From Candidatus Multivoradales bacterium (GTDB lineage: Bacteria; Acidobacteriota; Thermoanaerobaculia; Multivoradales; J023): DNA of 64,000 bases. The notes below the pieces were generated by a model. The model had not been told where the DNA came from. It was given only the letters and a program-made list of their open reading frames with translations, and searched no databases. The stretch spans positions 736,001 to 800,000 of the forward strand of contig CBDFLE010000006.1 of assembly GCA_965248925.1 (NCBI GenBank). The letters are read 5' to 3'. Shown here one piece after another: positions 57,601 through 64,000 of the stretch. Within the stretch, counting starts at the first letter, position 1. Each line of letters starts with the position of its first letter. A program made the position numbers and the translations under genes.

Positions 57601-60370
57601 AGACCCGGTCGCCCAACGAGCCCAGGCGGACGTAGCCAAAGTCGACATCGTCGCGCACCTCGCTCGCGGCCAAGGCGGCGTCGGCGGTGTTGGCGGTGGC
57701 CGCCCCGTCGAGATCGAAGGTCTGACTGTAGCCCGCTGGCAGGGTCGAAGGATCGACATCCACCTTGAAGGTATCGGCACCCAGGAACTCGAAGAGGTAC
57801 ATGCCGTCACCAGCCGTGGTGGTGGTACCGATCACGTTGCCGCCTGAGTCGCGCAGGGTCACGGTGACGCCGTTCAGACCTGGCTCACCCGAATCCTGCA
57901 CCCCGTCGCCGTTGAAGTCGTCCCACACTCGGTCGCCGAGCTGGCCGTCGCCCCGATAGCCGAAGTCCACCAGATCGTTCTCCTCTTCCTCTGCCAACGT
58001 CAGCGTCGCCACATTGGGAGTGCTGATGTCGTCGAAATCGAAGGTCGGATCGTCGATGCCCGGCGGCAGCGTGCCGTCATCCACCGTCACCACGTAGGCA
58101 CAGTCGACTGTCGGCTCGCGCAGCTGGATCAGCCCCGCGGGAATGGTGTCCGGCGCACCCACCGGACCACCGCCACCGCCGTCTGCCTCGCAGTTCGCCG
58201 CCGGCAGATTGGCGAAGAGAAAGAAGCCGTCGACTCCCATTACCGTCGCCGTCACCGTCGTCCGCACCACCTCGGCGATGCCATCGCCATCGATGTCGCC
58301 TTCGAGGGTCACGGTCACTCCGTTCAAGCCCGCTTCGCCTGACTCTTGGATCCCGCTCGCGTCACGGTCCTCCCACACCAAGTCGCCGATCGAGCCCAGG
58401 AATTCGGCAACGTAGCCAAAATCAGCATCGACAAAAGCGTCGCCAGAGGCCAGAGTCACGTCCAGGGGCTGGTTAGCCGTGGTCAGGATCAGACCGTCGG
58501 GCAAGGTGCTGGCGTCCACCTCGACCCGATACAAGCCCGCCAGCAGGCCGCTGAACTCGTAGAAACCATCATCGTCGGTGGTCTCGGAGGCGAAGAAGAC
58601 GTCGTCCAAGGTGCCGAACATAGCGTCCGGGCCGGCCTCGGTAAGGTTGACTTCGACTCCCTCCAAGCCTGCGTCCGGGTTCTCGTTCTGCAAGCCGTCG
58701 GCACTGTCGTCATACCAGACGTAGTCACCGATCGACGCCGTGCCGGCGTAACCAAAATCGTAGGTCAGCACATTGGCGTTGACCACTGTGTCGGTGATCG
58801 CGTCGCCAGTAGTGCTCACCAGGCCGTCCAGAGGCTCGCCCAGATCGAAGTTCGAAGGGTCGACTTCGACCTCGAAAGTACCGGCATCCACCTCAAAGGA
58901 GTAGTTGCCGTTGATGTCCGTGGTGGTGGTGGCCAGCGCACTGCCAAGAGCGCCCAGCAAGTTGACCTGCACGCCCTCGATCCCCGGCTCGCCAGGGTCC
59001 TGAGTGCCGCTACCGTCGATGTCGGCGAACACCGTGTCGCCGACCAGGAAGAGGCGCAGAATCGGGCCACACGGATCGCCCATCTCATCGACACAGATCA
59101 CCCGGTTAAAGATCCGCAGCGCGTTCAAGTTCTGCAGGTCGACGCCGTTGATCGCGATGGCGTAGGTGCCAGCCGGGATGCTGCCGGTCATGTGGTCTTC
59201 TGCGGCCGACACCGTCGATACCACGAAGCGCTCCCACTCCTGGTTGCCCGAGGGGTTCTCGTTGGCGAATATCGGGCCATTGGGGAACATCAGGTCGTAA
59301 CGCACCGAGGGAGGACGCACCAAGAAGATGCCGTTGCCAGCCCCATCGTTGTCGTCCGGTGGATCACCGGTCGCTCCGCCAAAGCCAATCGCTACCCCTT
59401 CTGCCATGGTATCGATGGTCGCGAACGGCGGCACGAACGGAGCGTTAGGGGTGTTTGGATCGTCAGTGTCCTGGTTGTTGATGCCATCGAAATCGCCGCG
59501 GTCGAAGTCACCGTCGAAAAGCTCCAACTCGGGCAGCGCCGCCGGCATCTCGAAGTAGAAGATGAACGAGCCGTCATAGGTCGTCGGTGTGGCCGCCGGG
59601 AAGCCCGGGTATACGGTCTGCACATCGGTCAGCGACGGGCCAAAGTTAGCGATATAGGAGAAAGGCTGCGCCGTGGGAGAGATCAGCGTCTGACCATCGG
59701 TGCGAATCTTGAAGGCGTTGACCACCGGCACCGACGGCATCAGGTTGACGATCCGCAGCCGGTAGAAGAAGTTGCCACTCGGCGACTGCGCCACCGCGGT
59801 GGTGTTGATTGCGAAGTTGGCCCAATCGTCGTTCGGCAACAGCGAAGAAGCGATCGAAGGCTGACCCGGCAACAACTCGATGATGGTCGCGCCACTGCCA
59901 TCGCCGAGCGGATCGGCGAGTAGGGTGTACTCAAAGGGAGTCGGTACCGCGCCGCTGTCCCAACGGCTCTCGCCAGTCGACGCCTGGATCTCACCCGCAT
60001 CACCATCGAAAATACCGATGGAAAAAGTCGTGGTCCCAGCCGGCACTGCCAATTGCAGCTCCAAGTCCGGGTCGCTCAGGGTTACGAAGTCCGAAGCTAC
60101 CGCCAGGAAACGGCCATCGGTCGGATCACAGGTCGGCAGGCAGGTGAAACCAGGCATCCGGGTTGGCAGCCTGAAGGCCGGTGCGTCCGCAGGTTCCATC
60201 TGCTCAATTTTGAGGCTGTCGAGGAACGCCAGTGATTCTGCCTGCATCTGTCCTTCGAGGCTACGTGGACCTCCGGCGCGCTGCCCCAGAACGAATCCTG
60301 GAAGCAGCAGCGTAACCATCAGACCGACGACCAAGAAGATCTTCGAGCGGGTTGCTGCCTTCGTAATCAT
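54662..60370 (-). CDS. large secreted SdrD-B repeat (adhesin-like) protein
   Basis: Signal peptide after ATG 60370, six GDxVWxDxxxxG...DFGY repeats, HTSCS domain, C-terminal PPC-like domain (ADLDLYL). Confidence 0.88.
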   Translation of the reverse strand: MITKAATRSKIFLVVGLMVTLLLPGFVLGQRAGGPRSLEGQMQAESLAFLDSLKIEQMEPADAPAFRLPTRMPGFTCLPTCDPTDGRFLAVASDFVTLSDPDLELQLAVPAGTTTFSIGIFDGDAGEIQASTGESRWDSGAVPTPFEYTLLADPLGDGSGATIIELLPGQPSIASSLLPNDDWANFAINTTAVAQSPSGNFFYRLRIVNLMPSVPVVNAFKIRTDGQTLISPTAQPFSYIANFGPSLTDVQTVYPGFPAATPTTYDGSFIFYFEMPAALPELELFDGDFDRGDFDGINNQDTDDPNTPNAPFVPPFATIDTMAEGVAIGFGGATGDPPDDNDGAGNGIFLVRPPSVRYDLMFPNGPIFANENPSGNQEWERFVVSTVSAAEDHMTGSIPAGTYAIAINGVDLQNLNALRIFNRVICVDEMGDPCGPILRLFLVGDTVFADIDGSGTQDPGEPGIEGVQVNLLGALGSALATTTTDINGNYSFEVDAGTFEVEVDPSNFDLGEPLDGLVSTTGDAITDTVVNANVLTYDFGYAGTASIGDYVWYDDSADGLQNENPDAGLEGVEVNLTEAGPDAMFGTLDDVFFASETTDDDGFYEFSGLLAGLYRVEVDASTLPDGLILTTANQPLDVTLASGDAFVDADFGYVAEFLGSIGDLVWEDRDASGIQESGEAGLNGVTVTLEGDIDGDGIAEVVRTTVTATVMGVDGFFLFANLPAANCEADGGGGGPVGAPDTIPAGLIQLREPTVDCAYVVTVDDGTLPPGIDDPTFDFDDISTPNVATLTLAEEEENDLVDFGYRGDGQLGDRVWDDFNGDGVQDSGEPGLNGVTVTLRDSGGNVIGTTTTAGDGMYLFEFLGADTFKVDVDPSTLPAGYSQTFDLDGAATANTADAALAASEVRDDVDFGYVRLGSLGDRVWFDTNGNGVQDLVEPGLNGVTVNLRDSGGALITSTVTAGDGGYSFGDLLTGTYMVEVDASTLPADHTQTFDLDGLGSANIATVTLAVSQDRDDVDFGYVQLGSIGDRVWDDVDNDGVQDAGEVGLNGVTVNVLDGGGVVIATATTSGDGGYTFGGLLGGAYTAQVDASTLPAGYEPTFDLDGLTTINSASLVLGTGEDRTDVDFGYAVCGPCSGKVSRLTFQYNGSASAEIRVEGKRGPDDDDLFVGTVQPGGTFEITGPGSGTPGFSGTVGTEIRIFVDGVLHTSIHTSCSEPIFPGLISGDFEVLAGASKQGGPLCPEDQGPVDPTEICAEGAVADEFGSSNGHAISLPGIGTDFVFEPDQGSWMFDDGMRTARLSGTVRSASNPSAGFVVDVLFNGLTSVAPAGSPKLELDSAAYVANGGPVDPSTWVFYTDFVGTLTGTGDLAGAIVHIERRGVAFQVGEGANGKNARFGGSGWLDYIVSSQPTGASLPSSGDGDINIDIVDCESAECLTIDFAQFSAGQVIDDELAAMGIHVTTDNASTPAMIFDSSDPTGGDFDLGTPNQTFGGPGIGAGGEAGQAGENAIGLGNLLILSEDGNDGSDPDDNASGGEFIFTFDDPVLIESVSLVDIDEQTNCTLEAFDADGGLIGGAAAQTLGNNSVQKLVLGTNGVSTLKVKLTGSGAISSLVVCPGDGGSEPPSGDCEPGDVKDSFDSNDFSGNIGGNDWTGPWIENDVAGSGPATGNVWVDNGFMFLKDAPDTGTEPSAAREVDLSGALVATLEFKFDTFAGVDSDDAVTVEVSDNGGATWTVLEVITGISGSVTEIHTLDISGHISANTQVRFRVSNNYGGSNEAFCLRWVKVLWSCDDTGSGGGGGDGHTGDHYAGYLGSTGEYHWQPDGNYYYSVAGSHQGVLEGPGSADLDLYLHRWNGSSWQVVASGTSYSSNETVTYNGAEGYYAWLVKSYDGSGNYDVWLVIP

Positions 60371-60975
60371 GAATCTCTCTCCTAAGGCTCTAGACGGAAA
60401 ACTGACCCTATGGGTCAGCAAAGCAACGTAAACAATTGAAAATAAAGACGGTTGCTGCAGCCGGCCTAAACAAGCCCCCCAGCTCCTCAAGAGCCGGCCG
60501 CGTTGGGTTCCCCCCAATTCCTCGCAAGGATCTCGCGCCGGCGTCAGGAAAGCGTCAGGAGAACAACTTCTCGCGATAACGAGTTTTCTTGCAGACAGCA
60601 GAAGGGGAGGCTCAAAGGTGAATCAGCTAGTCAACAAATCTGGAATGCCACCAGCTTGTGCGCGGTAACGCGCCATCCGCAGCGCGCCCAGGGCATGCGG
60701 ACCGTGGCGACGAATGCTAACGAGCAGCGGGTAGGGAACTGAACAAACCCTTGCGGCGTGACCGGCCGAGGAATTCCTGGCGAAAAGGTCTCTTCTATCT
60801 GCTACTTGGCAGCCGGTTGTAGGGACGCTAGCATTAGCGGCAAGTCGCCGCCTCGAGTAGATCGCCAAAGAGCTTGATGAAGGGATCCTCGAGGCAAGCA
60901 CTACTATTTCACCCCGAAGTATCCAGTACCGAGGTCTGTGGGGGCCGGTATCAGAGACTGGGTGGGGAGAGAACT

Positions 60976-63279
60976 TTGAATCGGCTCACGGTTCGCTGCT
61001 TTGGAGAGTTCGACGTGCGGCTTGGCGACCGGCGGGTTACCGGCTTCGAATCGCAGAAGGTGCGAGCTTTGCTGGCTTATCTGGCGGCCCGTCGCGAGCG
61101 CGCCTTCAGCCGCGATCATCTGGCCGGCATGTTGTGGCCAGAGAAGAGCGAAGAGGCTGCCCGACGCAACCTGCGCCAAGCGCTCTACAACCTCAAGTCT
61201 GTGCTCGGTGCTGGCGACCCGGATTCGCAGCCTATCCTCTCGACTCACCGTCAAGTACAGCTCAGCACCGACGCTGACTTCTGGGTCGATGTCGAAGCCT
61301 TCGAAGTCGCTCTGCGGCTGAGCGCCTTCGAGACCCGGCCGGCACCCCATCGATTAGCCGAAGCCGTGGCGCTCTATCGCGGCGACTTCCTCGGCGATTT
61401 CCTGCTCAAGGACAGCCCTGCCTACGAAGTCTGGCTGGTCGCTGAACAGGAGCGGCACCGGGAACGAGTGTTCGAAGCCATGCGCCAGCTGATCGAGAGC
61501 TACATGACTCGCGGCGAATATCGGCTCGGAACCCAATATGCCCTGCGCTTGGTGGGACTGGATCCGCTTTCAGAGAGAGCCCATCGCTATCTGATCCAGC
61601 TCTACACCTTGGCCGGTCGCCGCAGTCGCGCCATGGCGCAATACGAAGACTTGTGCAAGCTGCTCGACCATGAACTCGGCGTTGAGCCAATGGACGAAAC
61701 CCGCGACCTGTACCAGGCTGCGTTGTCGAGAAAAGAAGCCAGGCGAGAAGTGGAGACGGGGCGCGAGGCCAACGGACCGATCATTCCCTTGGTGGGCCGC
61801 GCAGATTCCTACGCCGCCTTGCAGAAAGCGTGGCAGGAAGCGCAACAGGGGCAGGCGCAGCTCACTCTGATGACCGGCAAGCCTGGCGTCGGCAAGACGC
61901 GATTGGTGAAGACCTTTCTCGATGTCGCCAGCTCCGAGGAGGGCAACACCATCTTGCAAGGTCGTGCCAACGACCAGATACCGACTCCTTTCCAGCCATT
62001 CTCCCAGGTGCTGCGCAATGCCGTCGCCACCGACTCCCTTTTGGTCGAGCAAACCTTAGCCAGCACTCCGGTCGAGATCCTGGCCCAGATTGCTCGACTA
62101 GTGCCCGAACTACACGCTCTGCGCCCCGCACTCCCAAAGTTCGACAGCATCGAGTTCGCCTACCAAGGAGAGCAGCTATTCGCCGCTGTTGCCGACTTCT
62201 TTGGCCGCCTCACCAACGATGGCGACTCGCCCCGCACTCTGATCTTGATGCTCGACGATCTTCACTACGCGCTGCCCGAATCCTTCGAGCTGTTGCGCAA
62301 AATCATCACCAGCAATGCTGAGCGGCCACTGTGGGTCATCGCCATCTTTCGCCAGTCAGAGGCCGCTGGCAGCGGCATAACGGAGATGGTTGAGCGGCTA
62401 CAAGACGTTCCCTGCTCAACTATCGAGCTCGGCCGCCTAGCCGACTCCGGAGTAGCCGATCTGGCGGCGGCGTTGGTCGGCGCTGACCAAGCGGCAGAGC
62501 TGGCGGAATTCTTGGCCAAAAACGCCGAAGGGTTGCCGATCAAGCTGGCGGAGTGGGTCAACTTCCTCTGGGATGAGGGAGTGATGGTACCGGCGGAAAG
62601 TCAGTGGCGACTGCTCAAACCGCTGGCCAAGCTCAATATTCCAGCCAAATGTGAACTCCCCGAACTGCTGGTCAGAAGGCTGTTGCGGCTACCCAATTCC
62701 ACCCGCCGGCTAGCGGTACTGGCAGCAGTGATGGGCAAGCTGTTCGACGCCGAGATGCTGCGGGCCGCGGCCGACGAACATCCAGCGGTGATCGAGGTGG
62801 GCCTGGAAGTGCTGCTCGAACGCTGGCTAGCACGCAAGCTGGCCGAAGCCTGGACCACCAGCCACCGCGAGAAAGACCTGGTGATGTGGCAGCGGGGAGT
62901 GCGCAAAGGCAGCTTCGAGTTCAGTCATGAGGCGATTTGGCATGCCTTCTACCATTCGGTGAACATCCAGCGCCGGCGGGCGATGCACGGCGAATTGGCG
63001 GTGGCTCTAGAAGAGTCGCAACCCAACGCGAACGAAATCTACCCTGAGTTGATCGGCAGTCACTACTGGTGGGCCGGGCAACAGGACAAGGCCGCAGAGC
63101 CGCTGCTAGAAGCAGGCCGCAGAGCACAGGACTTGCAGGCCAACGACACCGCCAAGTATTACTTCAACCTCGCCCTCGACGCCCTCGACGAACTGCTCGA
63201 GAGTGGCCGCAAAGGGCCCTGGCTAGGCCAGCGCAATCAAGCAACCCGAGGACTCGAAGAGCTCAATCAACGTTCGTAG
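60976..63279 (+). CDS. SARP/AfsR-type regulator (wHTH-BTAD-AAA ATPase)
   Basis: KVRALLAYL, SRDHLAGMLWPE, LYRGDFL, DPLSERAH, ELGVEP, GKPGVGKT, LDDLH. TTG 60976 follows GGAG. Confidence 0.9.
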   Translation: MNRLTVRCFGEFDVRLGDRRVTGFESQKVRALLAYLAARRERAFSRDHLAGMLWPEKSEEAARRNLRQALYNLKSVLGAGDPDSQPILSTHRQVQLSTDADFWVDVEAFEVALRLSAFETRPAPHRLAEAVALYRGDFLGDFLLKDSPAYEVWLVAEQERHRERVFEAMRQLIESYMTRGEYRLGTQYALRLVGLDPLSERAHRYLIQLYTLAGRRSRAMAQYEDLCKLLDHELGVEPMDETRDLYQAALSRKEARREVETGREANGPIIPLVGRADSYAALQKAWQEAQQGQAQLTLMTGKPGVGKTRLVKTFLDVASSEEGNTILQGRANDQIPTPFQPFSQVLRNAVATDSLLVEQTLASTPVEILAQIARLVPELHALRPALPKFDSIEFAYQGEQLFAAVADFFGRLTNDGDSPRTLILMLDDLHYALPESFELLRKIITSNAERPLWVIAIFRQSEAAGSGITEMVERLQDVPCSTIELGRLADSGVADLAAALVGADQAAELAEFLAKNAEGLPIKLAEWVNFLWDEGVMVPAESQWRLLKPLAKLNIPAKCELPELLVRRLLRLPNSTRRLAVLAAVMGKLFDAEMLRAAADEHPAVIEVGLEVLLERWLARKLAEAWTTSHREKDLVMWQRGVRKGSFEFSHEAIWHAFYHSVNIQRRRAMHGELAVALEESQPNANEIYPELIGSHYWWAGQQDKAAEPLLEAGRRAQDLQANDTAKYYFNLALDALDELLESGRKGPWLGQRNQATRGLEELNQRS

Positions 63280-63977
63280 GCGGTTCTCAACCAACCCTGG
63301 CGATGGGCCAGTGCCACCGCCGCCCGACGATTCGGCACCTTGAGCTTGGCCAGTATGTTGTGTACATGGTTTTTCACCGTATGCACCGAGAGGAACAACC
63401 GTTGGCCAATCTCTTTGTTGCGCAGACCGCCGGAGATCAGCTTCAGAACCTCGACTTCGCGCGACGACAGCAGTTCACAAAAGCCGGTCTGCTGCGCTCT
63501 TTGACGGCGTGCCAACTGGCTCAACCGCGACAGGGCGATCCGGGTCAACCGACTCGACAACAACGCCTCTCCCGCGGCCACTCGGCGAATCCCTCGAGCC
63601 AACTCGTCGCTGGCACAACCTTCGGTCACAAAGCCCGTCACTCCGGCTTCGACCAACGCCAGGCTCTGCAGGTCGCCGACATCACCCTGAATCAAGATTG
63701 GCAGAGCCGGATCGATGGCCGCGAGATCGCTCACCAAAGTCAAGGTCAGCTCAGCATGGCCGGTGGCGCTCAGCAGCACCAGATCTGGCCGCTCGGACGC
63801 CAACGTCGCAACAAGATTAACTGCCGAAGGGTCCATTGCCTGCGAAATCAGGCGTTGGTCGGCCGCGAACAGACGGTTGAGCCACTGACGAACGAAGCTG
63901 CGCGAATCGAAGATCAAAACCCGAAGAGGCAACGGCGCAGATTGCCACAGCTGCTCAACATCAGGATTGCGAAGCAT
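63267..63977 (-). CDS. NarL/LuxR-family regulator with degenerate receiver
   Basis: LSSREVEVL...G..NKEIG..LFLS.HTVKNHV.NIL.KL HTH. Receiver reads PDLVLLS, lacking the phospho-Asp. Confidence 0.88.
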   Translation of the reverse strand: MLRNPDVEQLWQSAPLPLRVLIFDSRSFVRQWLNRLFAADQRLISQAMDPSAVNLVATLASERPDLVLLSATGHAELTLTLVSDLAAIDPALPILIQGDVGDLQSLALVEAGVTGFVTEGCASDELARGIRRVAAGEALLSSRLTRIALSRLSQLARRQRAQQTGFCELLSSREVEVLKLISGGLRNKEIGQRLFLSVHTVKNHVHNILAKLKVPNRRAAVALAHRQGWLRTAYER

Positions 63978-64000
63978 TGAGTCTGGGGGGGTAAGGGAGG

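Noticed and set aside
60600-60860. Sigma54 promoter between the SdrD and SARP genes
   Set aside because: The TGGCA hits lack the GG-N10-GC spacing.

Overview
GC-rich bacterial window. An IPTL-CTERM-like tail, an (F)xDGFESGD motif, SdrD-B surface proteins and HTH-TPR/RadC cassettes suggest an Acidobacteriota (Thermoanaerobaculia-like) genome; this is inference only. 1-28.8 kb is mostly housekeeping and accessory genes: oligoendopeptidase F, an M14 desuccinylase-like enzyme, an unusual 2-phosphoglycerate kinase/cofactor-independent phosphoglycerate mutase fusion, an M29 aminopeptidase, a UGSC selenoprotein (UGA plus a clear SECIS hairpin, split in the ORF track), a pentaheme cytochrome behind a sigma54 promoter and terminator, a phaR-phasin-phasin-patatin cluster, a divergent ClpX paralog, a receptor Ser/Thr kinase, a YtrA-type ABC operon, crcB and a DUF2156 protein. 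29-42 kb is a decayed Rhs polymorphic-toxin island with nested Tn3 remnant, IS21 and IS5/IS1182 insertions, whose ends and target duplications can be read exactly. 42-46 kb is an HTH-TPR/RadC cassette. 48-54.5 kb is the best novelty candidate: a complete lasso-peptide cluster (RRE, B2 protease, cyclase, precursor with core GPMGGIEDFPLGGTMGV) carrying an RRE-fused type I phosphoribosyltransferase, an HPr-kinase-like kinase and a PRMT-fold methyltransferase. A giant SdrD-B repeat protein and SARP/LuxR regulators lie upstream. No rRNA, tRNA or CRISPR array was seen. All family calls come from motif recognition by eye, not database searches.
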